A stretch of DNA of 46,986 nt from Opitutales bacterium (GTDB lineage: Bacteria > Verrucomicrobiota > Verrucomicrobiia > Opitutales > JABSRG01), in assembly GCA_049599475.1 (NCBI GenBank), contig JBMYOQ010000029.1, forward strand, positions 1-46,986, given 5' to 3'. A program made the translations under genes and the position numbers. The notes beneath the pieces are model-generated. The model did no database searches. It saw only the letters and a list, made by a program, of their open reading frames with translations, and was not told the origin of the DNA. Below, piece by piece: positions 18,551 to 26,851 of the stretch. The number at the start of each line of letters is the position of its first letter. Within the stretch, counting starts at the first letter, position 1.

Positions 18551-21192
18551 AGTGTTTCGTTAAAATATTCAGTTTCGATACTACGAAACCGTTCATAATT
18601 TAGGATTGAGGCTAGGTCAGAAGGCACTCTTTGATAGGTATCAACTGGAAGAGATTCTAGCCCAGATAAAACAGCTTCGAATGCATCAAATTCACCGTGA
18701 ATCACCAATCGATGTGTCAGCGGAAAGAAACCGGACAAATCTGGTATTATCTCTAATATCGACTCGATTACACTGGGCTGTTCTTCATCCAGGAGATGCT
18801 GGACCAAAGGGTGACTGAATTTCAAACTCTTTGGCAAAGGTTCTTCGAGCCGCTGAAAAAGAGCGAGAGATGCCTCGAGTTCAAACAAACCGGGATCTTT
18901 CTCCGGCCTGATGCCTTTGGTAAGGGCCTCTTTCAATACTTCAGTATGCCCTTTAGAAATCAACAGAAAGGCTCCGGATTCTCCTTTTTCATTCCGCTTA
19001 TCGAGAATTCCTTTAGCATGCACCAATACACTCTGTCCCACATCTTGACGGCTACTCACAAGCCAATCGAGTAAATCTTCGCCCGGGATGCATTCAAATT
19101 CCCCTTTCTCAACCAACCACTCTTCAATCAAGCGCTTTGCATCGGGAAAATGATTCGAATACTGACGTGCCTTTTCAGCATCTTCAGATCTCAGAGAGTC
19201 CGAACTAAGCAAAAGCGACACGCATTCTGATACTCGACTTGCAAGTGGTGCCCCTCCCCGAGAACTCGCGTTAAACGCAGTTACCTGAACTATTGGGTGA
19301 AGTCCGTCGACAAAATGGTGAGAGGCTGACGCATTGTTAAAAGGCTTCAAATCCTCACTAAGAAGTACAGCCAGAGCATCAGGCATGGCATTTCGAGCCG
19401 CCATAGCCAAAGGAGTGATGTGTTTTGAATTCTCCGCGTTCGGACCTACTAACAACCATTCCCTTGTTGCATTCGTCAGATATTCAGACCACAAAATTTC
19501 CCGAATAGCAGCCCCATGATTCTTCAGCGCTGCAACACGGATTACATTGTTTCCCTTTGCATCAAAAAGCTTTAGATTAGCATGAGGTAGAAGTGTCCTT
19601 ATATTTTCGAGACGAGAGTCCGTAGTCGCAAAAAATATTGGAGACTGACGGTATTCGTCTAAGACATCCACGTCACCTTTAGAGCTCACAAGGTGATTGA
19701 CAAAATAGGACTCTTTTGAGCGAGCGGCCTCATGGAATATTGTGATACCCTTTGGCCCCACGATCGATGAACTACTTTCATAAGACGGCAAGAGCCTATC
19801 AAATATCTCGATTCTTCCCGGCTGGATCGCACTTATAATCGGATGCCATTCGGCATTATCGGCCTGAGTAATATTCGCTCCCCTTTTGATTAACACATCA
19901 ACGACTTTATTTGCACCCCAGGCAGCCAACATCAAAGGAGTGTTGCCCGAAGGTGTCTCAAAATTCAGAAGATCGGGATTGGATTCAAGCCAACCGTCGA
20001 TGGTATCAGCTAGGTCATATCGAGCGGCAGTATGAAATATGGAAGTCTCACCGTTAACAACAGTGACCAATTCTTCTGGTTTCTCTGCAAGTGCCAATAT
20101 ATCTAAACAACTTTGCCTCAAACGATTATTCGAATCTGACAACTTAGCATCCATGGATGCAGCAGGCGACCAAACCGAGCGCTTGATGACTAACGTCCTT
20201 ACCGCGTTATGGATCATTTCCTTTAAATCGGAGCTTTCATCTTCAGAGTTGCGACGAATTCTCGCAGCGGTCCTTCGAAATGCTTCGATACTTGAAAGGG
20301 CTTCACGCTGCTCCTCATACCAAATCTGCGCCGGCTCCCAGTTATCAAGCAAAGCCTGATGAACAAGACGAACCCTTCCTGGCCCAGAGGGGACTAAGAG
20401 ACGCCGCTTTTCGTGAGACTCAATCAAGTCCCGCATGGATGCAATATCACTCGACTTTGGCATATCAACAAGGCGCATCTGCAAGTCATCATCTGCACTC
20501 ACGAGAGCCGACAAAAAGTTATCAAGCGCTACCGACTCCGGTATTCGCTCGGTACTCTTTCTCATTTCCATTCCGGGAACTGCTGGCAACCCGTGAGATT
20601 CTGTAGCAAAAATCCATAATACCCCATAGGCGATTTCCCTGCTCTCATTCACTCGTGATATGTAGCGCGTGACAAAATTGGGGAATGTTGCCAGATGACG
20701 ATTCGCTTCTTCAACATCCACAATATTGGGAACTCCCTTAAGTTCCATGCCAGGAAACGCTGCCAATCCTTGAATCTTAGTAGCATAAATCCAGAGAAGC
20801 CCGATATCAAACCCCTTTGGGTCAGCAGCTCGTCGTAAGAATTCCTTAATGCTAGGTGGAAGTGAGTTAACATATTCGTTTGCTAGATCTCCATCTACAA
20901 CGACCGGAAACTCCCCAATTTCTCGATCAATCATCCACCCAGCCTCTTCCCATGCGTCAGCAACCAATTCGGTCATCAATGGCGCTAAGTCGAAGAATAT
21001 CCCCCGACGCTTAATCTCACTCAGCTCTATTGCATCTGCCTCATCTGAAAAGCTCTTGGAAAAGCTGCTGCCTTCCTGGACTGTTCGATCCTGAAAGGTT
21101 GCGAACAGCCTATGAAGCCAGATACCTAGAAGCGGTAAGAACGATGCGTGAGTCTGCATGCGCCCAGGACACTTTTCAAAATCCTGAACCAT
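18547..21192 (-). CDS. C-terminal part of a frameshifted STAND NTPase: helical/winged-helix region plus about 8 ankyrin repeats
   Basis: nSTAND1-like LPLL..WL..LF, RRLLV and VRLVHQALLDNW motifs; ankyrin repeats GNTPLMLAAWG, GITIFHEAAR, QSPIFFA, GNNVIRVAA, HITPLAMAARN. The frame is open upstream to 21285. Confidence 0.82.
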   Translation of the reverse strand: MVQDFEKCPGRMQTHASFLPLLGIWLHRLFATFQDRTVQEGSSFSKSFSDEADAIELSEIKRRGIFFDLAPLMTELVADAWEEAGWMIDREIGEFPVVVDGDLANEYVNSLPPSIKEFLRRAADPKGFDIGLLWIYATKIQGLAAFPGMELKGVPNIVDVEEANRHLATFPNFVTRYISRVNESREIAYGVLWIFATESHGLPAVPGMEMRKSTERIPESVALDNFLSALVSADDDLQMRLVDMPKSSDIASMRDLIESHEKRRLLVPSGPGRVRLVHQALLDNWEPAQIWYEEQREALSSIEAFRRTAARIRRNSEDESSDLKEMIHNAVRTLVIKRSVWSPAASMDAKLSDSNNRLRQSCLDILALAEKPEELVTVVNGETSIFHTAARYDLADTIDGWLESNPDLLNFETPSGNTPLMLAAWGANKVVDVLIKRGANITQADNAEWHPIISAIQPGRIEIFDRLLPSYESSSSIVGPKGITIFHEAARSKESYFVNHLVSSKGDVDVLDEYRQSPIFFATTDSRLENIRTLLPHANLKLFDAKGNNVIRVAALKNHGAAIREILWSEYLTNATREWLLVGPNAENSKHITPLAMAARNAMPDALAVLLSEDLKPFNNASASHHFVDGLHPIVQVTAFNASSRGGAPLASRVSECVSLLLSSDSLRSEDAEKARQYSNHFPDAKRLIEEWLVEKGEFECIPGEDLLDWLVSSRQDVGQSVLVHAKGILDKRNEKGESGAFLLISKGHTEVLKEALTKGIRPEKDPGLFELEASLALFQRLEEPLPKSLKFSHPLVQHLLDEEQPSVIESILEIIPDLSGFFPLTHRLVIHGEFDAFEAVLSGLESLPVDTYQRVPSDLASILNYERFRSIETEYFNETL

Positions 21193-22679
21193 CTTATTGA
21201 TCGCTTCAATAACATTCCTGCTAAGAGGTAATCCAGCTTGGTTCGAAATCGTTGAAACAAACTGACGAAAACGCCTAAAGGAAAATCAACGTTCTCTCGT
21301 TCAGCTCTTAAATCGGTATACTTTTCTATTTCGAGAGCTCTATATGCCTCTTCTCGCATACTTTCCAAGGTCCCGACTAGATATACTTCATCCTTTTTTG
21401 AGAGTTTACCGAGAAATCGCACAACTTGCCACCAACCCCCTTTAATGTCCCGATCATACACTTCGGCCTGCAACAAATCGATGATTTCTTCGAACTGATC
21501 GATCGCCAAAATCAATTGCCTTTTGGACTCAAGAAGTAACCTCTCGACATGAGACGCCGCTCTTTCAGCTAATTTGTCTATATCAAGTATCGATTTTAAA
21601 CGGCTATTTGTCGGAATCCCCAGCTCTTCGCAGATTACTCCCCACAAACGGAAAAAGGGTGTGTGTTCGTCTCTACCAAAAAGGTGACCCACCCGAATGA
21701 CGACCACATTAGCATCAGCGAGTTTTGGAGGCAAATATTCTAGAAGGCCTTTCTGAAGTATGGAAGATTTACCACAACCACTAGGTCCTTCGAGTAGAAA
21801 TATCATGCCCTCTCGCCCGACACCTTCAAGCCTATCATGGAGCTTCTGGCGCAAATCATATCGGTCCGGCAATGAGAGTGGATCTCCGTAGTGAAAATGA
21901 TCCATGCCTCGCTTAAATGGAAGTGAGCCCGCCTTATCAGGAAGTAAATCGAGTAACACCTCTTTTGATGCAGCTGCCATCCTTTTCGACATCTGCCCGG
22001 CATCGGTGTATAGTTTCGCACGCTTCCCTTGCTGATCCGAGGCGAGCATTCTCAGTAGATTGAAGAGCGCTTTTTTTTGAGGAAAATATTCCTCTTCCTC
22101 AAATTTTTTGCGGGCCTCTAGACCTTCTTCAGTATAACCAAACTTTTTAGATTCATACAATTTGCCCTGATTAAAAGTAATATCATTAACGCTCCTAGCC
22201 GCACTAATACTCTTATTAGCGACGTATCCTACAAGGGTGCGAGTACCCTCAATCTGCCGCAAGCCAACCAGTAATTCATAGACAGTGCCCGTTAGCGGAA
22301 ACTTCCCCCGATCCAGTAGCGAATCTCGCTCACGAGGATCCTGCGGCCATGGATGAGTCAGACCAAAACTTCCCCACTCCTTCATAAGAGACTCAGCTTC
22401 ATCCGGTAATTCACCCTGCAACGGCATTCCGATACGCTCTCCGAACATTACAACCGTCAAGACTACACGTCCGCGGATTTTATCATCAATCTGCCGCTGC
22501 GCGGTGGCCCACACATTCAACGTGGTTCCACCTTTTGTCTTCTCTTCCCAAAGATACGGAATCACCGGATAACCGATAGACTGAGCAGACTCACGAAGGA
22601 GATACGCCAACTCTCCACGGGACTCTGAAAGATCATTGGACGAGGAAACTAAAACAAAGGGCTGAGAGAGATTATCCAT
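21126..22679 (-). CDS. N-terminal part of a frameshifted STAND NTPase: DUF4062/TIR-like domain plus nSTAND1 P-loop domain
   Basis: VSSSNDLSESR..WEE..QRQID..VVMFGERIG..TGTVYE (DUF4062-like); PFKRGMDHF; Walker A GPSGCGKSS; Walker B LILAIDQFEE. The last ~50 aa look out of frame. Confidence 0.82.
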   Translation of the reverse strand: MDNLSQPFVLVSSSNDLSESRGELAYLLRESAQSIGYPVIPYLWEEKTKGGTTLNVWATAQRQIDDKIRGRVVLTVVMFGERIGMPLQGELPDEAESLMKEWGSFGLTHPWPQDPRERDSLLDRGKFPLTGTVYELLVGLRQIEGTRTLVGYVANKSISAARSVNDITFNQGKLYESKKFGYTEEGLEARKKFEEEEYFPQKKALFNLLRMLASDQQGKRAKLYTDAGQMSKRMAAASKEVLLDLLPDKAGSLPFKRGMDHFHYGDPLSLPDRYDLRQKLHDRLEGVGREGMIFLLEGPSGCGKSSILQKGLLEYLPPKLADANVVVIRVGHLFGRDEHTPFFRLWGVICEELGIPTNSRLKSILDIDKLAERAASHVERLLLESKRQLILAIDQFEEIIDLLQAEVYDRDIKGGWWQVVRFLGKLSKKDEVYLVGTLESMREEAYRALEIEKYTDLRAERENVDFPLGVFVSLFQRFRTKLDYLLAGMLLKRSIRWFRILKSVLGACRLTHRSYRF

Positions 22680-22972
22680 GAGGAAAGATCCCCACCTAAA
22701 GCGCCCAAGGATGTATTTTACAAAAACACAAATTCGACTCAGTAACCTTACGGGAGATTTCTAGAAAATTCGCTATAGAAACTCCGATGCATTTTCTAGA
22801 CCTAATTTCCGCGAAACCCTAACAATCATGCCACATTCAAGTCACAATGCGGCAAAGTTGATCTAATTGATCAAATCAGTCTCATTTAGTAACATATAAT
22901 TCCATTTAGAGTCTAATAATTGCAGAAGACCCGTGGCATTAGTTGAACATACGACTCCTAAACACTTCAACA

Positions 22973-23785
22973 CTAGGCCAACAAATTCAGCACCGTCTCT
23001 TGGTTTGAGTTGGCTTGGGTGAGCATGGCTAGATTGGACTGGTATTGGAATTTGGTCTGAGCGTAGGCGGTGGATGCTGTCGCGTAATCCGTGTCTGCTA
23101 TCAAGCTATTGGCATTCGCTAGATTCAGTAGACTTGTGTAGAGGTTTTGCGAAGCAAAGAGCATCCGTGATTGCTGGGAACCATTTACTGCCCGCTGGAG
23201 GGCGACTTCGTCGGTGGCGTTCGTGAAGTCTTGGACACTTAGCTCACTTAATGAGCTCGCTGATGTAATTGTGCTGACACTACTGCCCGATGCGTTGAAA
23301 TCTGCCTGCGATATGGTGACTTCGCCTCCTCCCGATTCTGTAGTGCTCACGGACAATGCGCCGTCTTCTTCGGAGAACAGGTTTACTCCATTGAAGGTCT
23401 GTCCCTGGAGATCCTCTAGCTGCTGGGATAGCTCGTTAAACTCGGCGTCATATCCGGCGAGATCGCTCTCATTCTTGGTAAAGTCGTTCGACATGACTTT
23501 GAGCTCGGACATCCGGTCCAAGATCGAGCCCGCCGTCCTTAAAACTCCGTCCTGTGTTTGCAGAAAAGAAATCGAATTCTGGACATTCGTATTGGTAGCA
23601 CTTGTACGACTCATCGCAGAGTTCAACTTCGTAGACACAGCGAGCCCGCCGGCATCTACTGACGAACTCGTAAGCCGGGTACCCGAGGATAGGGCTGCCA
23701 GATTCTGCTGAAGCTGACTGCTGGTAGTGCCAAAACTATATAAAGACGAGCTGGCGGTGTTGTTTGTATTTATTACCAATGACAT
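22973..23785 (-). CDS. fliC: Minimal flagellin (D0/D1 only)
   Basis: MSLVINTN, LSSGTRL..DAGGLAVS, N.QNSISFLQTQDG, L.RMSEL, FNGVNLF, RAVNGSQQSR, S.IADTDYA, MLTQAN..VLNLL. Confidence 0.93.
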   Translation of the reverse strand: MSLVINTNNTASSSLYSFGTTSSQLQQNLAALSSGTRLTSSSVDAGGLAVSTKLNSAMSRTSATNTNVQNSISFLQTQDGVLRTAGSILDRMSELKVMSNDFTKNESDLAGYDAEFNELSQQLEDLQGQTFNGVNLFSEEDGALSVSTTESGGGEVTISQADFNASGSSVSTITSASSLSELSVQDFTNATDEVALQRAVNGSQQSRMLFASQNLYTSLLNLANANSLIADTDYATASTAYAQTKFQYQSNLAMLTQANSNQETVLNLLA

Positions 23786-24000
23786 AACTTTACTGAATGA
23801 ATAGACGTGTAAAAATCTGAGGATGGTAAGCGCGAATGCACGACCCTGCGGTCTTGCTAAATTCCATAATTGCTCAGATTGAAAACACTTCAGAACCTTC
23901 AGTGAGATTCCGATAAATGGATATCAGAATAATCTGACGGCCCAGAGGCGGCCGCGGTTTATGCGATGGTAAAGAACACGATTGGTGCTATGTCTTTCCT

Positions 24001-24027
24001 ATTTCGGCACCCGTTATACTTACTGAA
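24001..24027 (-). promoter_or_regulatory. Possible sigma-28 (FliA) promoter for the flagellin
   Basis: Minus strand GCCGAAAT (24008-24001) resembles the GCCGATAA -10 element; the -35 position reads TTCAGTAA, a weak match. About 215 nt upstream of the ATG. Confidence 0.35.
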
Positions 24028-24072
24028 ATAATTTACGGTGAAGTCCGTAGGCATTTGCGAGTAGCGTACGTA

Positions 24073-24104
24073 GAAAAGGCTAACTCTTTCGAGATAGCCT
24101 TTTC
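24073..24104 (-). terminator. Rho-independent terminator downstream of the TonB-dependent receptor (potentially bidirectional)
   Basis: GAAAAGGCTA-actctttcgaga-TAGCCTTTTC hairpin, 35 nt after the stop at 24140. Confidence 0.8.
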
Positions 24105-24139
24105 ATTAATATCAAATGTCGTAATCTCCGGGTACTCTC

Positions 24140-26296
24140 CTAGAAGCGTCCAATGATCGCCAGGCGTGCATTAATGGGCGCTCCTACAGTCGCTTGATGC
24201 GTGCTGTGCGCATTTGGAAAGTAAAGCTCATCGGTAAGGTTCTCTACATTCAGTTGGAGACGTAGATTCTCAGAGACCTGGTAATAAACCGCCGCATCAA
24301 AGCGTGTATAGCTCGGAAGTGTTGCGGTGTTGCTGTTGTTGATAAAACTCTCGCCCTGATAGGTGAGCCCGAGGCCCAGCCCCAATTTCTCAGTAAGCTG
24401 ATAAGTGTTCCAAATAGAGAACATGTGCTCAGGGAGTTCTCGTGGACGTAAATCGCTGCCTGCTTGCTCGCCATCGAGATAGCTATATCCAGCGGAGATG
24501 GACCATTGCTCTGTAATGTCGCCAAGGATTTGGATTTCAAAACCAGTCGTCTTCGTATCAGAAAATACCTGCAATTCCGGATCATTTGGATCCACGCTCG
24601 GAGAACTTTCCTCAATCTGGAAAACAGAAAAGGTCGCGCTTAGGCCCTGAGCGAAGTCGTATTTTACGCCCGCTTCGAGGTTGCTGTATTCGCTCGGGTC
24701 CAAGTTGCGATTGGAACTGCTGATCGATGCAAACTGTTCACCACTGCTTGGCAGGAAGGATTCACTGTAGCTCGTGTAGATGGATGCGTTTTCCACTGGT
24801 TTGTAGACAAGGCCGAGGCGTGGACTGATACGATCGTCCGTGCGGTCGTAGTCGTAATGCTCAGGCAAAGCCCCCTCGTCACGCGCTTTTACATCCAGCA
24901 CATCGATTTCGAAAGAATCATAACGAGCGCCCAAAACGACGTCCAAATGATCGTTGATGGCAATTTCGTCACTGAGGTAGAATGAGTAAACTGTGATATC
25001 CGCTTCGTTGCGATCGTTGAGATCTGTAAACGGCCCTGCGGTTGGCAGGCCACTGGCATTCACTCCCACTCCATTGCTGATGTTGATCGGCCTTTCTACC
25101 AGGAACGACTCCTGGTCTTCTGTGGCGTCGCTCGGGTCGAAGTCAGGATTGTAACGGTCATTATTATTCGCTGAATCGATGTATTCAAATCCTGCTACAA
25201 GTGTATGAACCAATGACCCTGTTTCGACTTCGCCAATCAAATCTCCAGCGACCATTAAGTTTTCGCGCTGGGTCGTATCGATATAACCGTCCAAGGTGAC
25301 GACATCCGGTGAAGCCGCCTGATCATAACCAGCAGCATAGAAATTTTCATACAATTTATCGTAATCCCCATAGGTAACACCCAAGCGCCCCTTCAAGTTG
25401 TCTGTAAAGCGGTGCTGCACCTTACCTTTTAAAATATGAGCTTCCAGGAGATTATTGTTCAGCTCTGGATCGCCAAACACGATGTCCTCAAACGCCTCGA
25501 CTGGTTCGCCGTCAGTTCCTGTAGGAATGCCTCGGTCGATGAAGCGCTCATGATCAATATATTCATAAGAAAGGTCGACGGTGGTTTGATCTGTAGGCTG
25601 CACTCTGAAAGTGGGGTTCACGCCGAAACGATCGCCATTGTAGAAATCACGATGATTCTCGAGGCCTTCATAAAAGCTATTTAGGCGGAAAGCGGCATCC
25701 TCACCGATCGCGAAATTATTGTCCATCTGCACGCTATACGCGCCAAAGGTATCCACGCTCGCTTCGTAACCATTAAAATTCTCTCCAACGACCCCTTTTT
25801 TGGTCACACGATTGAGCACACCTCCGGTTCCGCCACGTCCAAAGAAGAGCGCATTAGGGCCACGCAGAATCTCGATCTGCTCCATATTATACAACGGGCG
25901 GTAGTATTGAACATCATCGCGAAATCCATCGATGAAGAAATCGGCAGTAGACCGGACGCCGCGAAATACAACTGCATCGCGATGTCCCTCACCCTGAGAA
26001 TTGCTCACGCCCGGCGTATAGTCGATAATTTCAGCAATACTGGAAAATCCACGTAGCGAAATCTGCTCCGCCGTTACAATCGAAAGGCTTTGTGGCACAT
26101 CGATAATCGGCGTGGGTGTTTTTAGCGCATTGACCTGACTGGAGTAGAGATACTTACCCTCGGCCTCGAATGCTTCAAGAGTCGCGACGTCCTCTTGAGC
26201 GTGCGCATGAGAAGTTGAAAAAGTAAAAGTGAGAGCGATTGCGAATAGGCGGACGGTCTTCACTTCGGCCAAGAATGCTTTGATAGCTTGATTCAT
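24140..26296 (-). CDS. TonB-dependent siderophore-type receptor (Fiu/PiuA-like)
   Basis: Signal peptide ..AHA|QED; KTPTPIIDVPQSLSIV; GEGHRD..FRG; EILRGPNALFFGRGGTGGVLNRVTK; NVENLTDELY; terminal Phe. Confidence 0.93.
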   Translation of the reverse strand: MNQAIKAFLAEVKTVRLFAIALTFTFSTSHAHAQEDVATLEAFEAEGKYLYSSQVNALKTPTPIIDVPQSLSIVTAEQISLRGFSSIAEIIDYTPGVSNSQGEGHRDAVVFRGVRSTADFFIDGFRDDVQYYRPLYNMEQIEILRGPNALFFGRGGTGGVLNRVTKKGVVGENFNGYEASVDTFGAYSVQMDNNFAIGEDAAFRLNSFYEGLENHRDFYNGDRFGVNPTFRVQPTDQTTVDLSYEYIDHERFIDRGIPTGTDGEPVEAFEDIVFGDPELNNNLLEAHILKGKVQHRFTDNLKGRLGVTYGDYDKLYENFYAAGYDQAASPDVVTLDGYIDTTQRENLMVAGDLIGEVETGSLVHTLVAGFEYIDSANNNDRYNPDFDPSDATEDQESFLVERPINISNGVGVNASGLPTAGPFTDLNDRNEADITVYSFYLSDEIAINDHLDVVLGARYDSFEIDVLDVKARDEGALPEHYDYDRTDDRISPRLGLVYKPVENASIYTSYSESFLPSSGEQFASISSSNRNLDPSEYSNLEAGVKYDFAQGLSATFSVFQIEESSPSVDPNDPELQVFSDTKTTGFEIQILGDITEQWSISAGYSYLDGEQAGSDLRPRELPEHMFSIWNTYQLTEKLGLGLGLTYQGESFINNSNTATLPSYTRFDAAVYYQVSENLRLQLNVENLTDELYFPNAHSTHQATVGAPINARLAIIGRF

Positions 26297-26320
26297 TGAA
26301 TTCAGTTTCAGTATTGAAAT

Positions 26321-26401
26321 TGCGAATCAATCTCATTTTCAGACTTCGTCAAGAATATGTTTATAGAAATGTTAATGAATCTCGTTCTCAATAAAGTCTC
26401 A
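26321..26401 (-). promoter_or_regulatory. Fur-box-like sites in the receptor promoter
   Basis: 7-1-7 motifs on the minus strand: TGAGATT-G-ATTCGCA (26335-26321), TGAGAAC-G-AGATTCA (26390-26376) and TGAGACT-T-TATTGAG (26401-26387), against consensus TGATAAT-N-ATTATCA. A TTGACG -35-like hexamer lies at 26352-26347. Confidence 0.7.
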
Positions 26402-26528
26402 TTAAGATTATCTTTTTGAAGTAAGTTCGATCCCTATCAGCAATGGCGCTCTATGATTACCATGGGGCTCAGGACGGCGGAGAACGCTGGGCGCGATAGG
26501 CTCTGAGGATGCTGGGGGCAGCGGACCT

Positions 26529-26716
26529 AGGCTTACCGGAGATGGATACGAATGGCGCTGCGTTTAGAGAAGAAATGGGGTAGCAACCGATCTCCGAGAG
26601 GTTGAAGACAGCAATTTCGCCCAGCTGATACGACGCATTCGGCCGCTCGGAGATCGGCCGCTACCGATGACATCATCCTAAACGCTGCGCCATTCGTATC
26701 CATCTCCGGCAAGCCT
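26529..26716. repeat. Nested inverted repeat (MITE/REPIN-like): 39 bp outer arms enclosing an inverted GTAG-type REP doublet
   Basis: 26529-26567 versus the reverse complement of 26678-26716 match at 37/39 positions; inner arms 26579-26606 and 26638-26665 are GGTAG-hairpin REPs. Confidence 0.85.
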
Positions 26717-26718
26717 CC

Positions 26719-26834
26719 GTCGAGGACAGCGTCGCTCCCTACAATTCTTGAATGCCTATTCTAGCTTCGATGCGGATGGGCTATCGAGGATTGCTCTTGT
26801 AGGCCGCTACGCCCGTTCGGAGAACGAGCGCTAG
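26719..26834 (-). repeat. Additional REP-like palindromes
   Basis: Minus strand GTAGGGAGCGACGCTGTCCTCGAC (26742-26719) and TAGCGCTCGTTCTCCGAACGGGCG (26833-26810); the second shares the TCTCCGA loop with the inner REPs. Confidence 0.6.
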
Positions 26835-26851
26835 GAGGAGTTCTTTTCGGC

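Larger units (their letters stand above)
18547..22679 (-). pseudogene. Single frameshifted gene (about 1377 aa if repaired): effector-STAND-ankyrin, NLR/Avs-like
   Basis: A -1 frame change near 21260-21285 joins ...ENVDFPL to FRQFVSTISNQAGLPLSRNVIEAINKMVQDF...LPLL and restores a continuous nSTAND1 domain. Cannot distinguish mutation, sequencing error or recoding. Confidence 0.7.

Noticed and set aside
13340..22972. Defence operon as an integrative element with att sites
   Set aside because: No integrase, tRNA or convincing flanking direct repeat was seen.
23786..24000. c-di-GMP riboswitch in the flagellin leader
   Set aside because: I could not identify the GEMM consensus elements by eye; an Rfam/Infernal scan would be needed.
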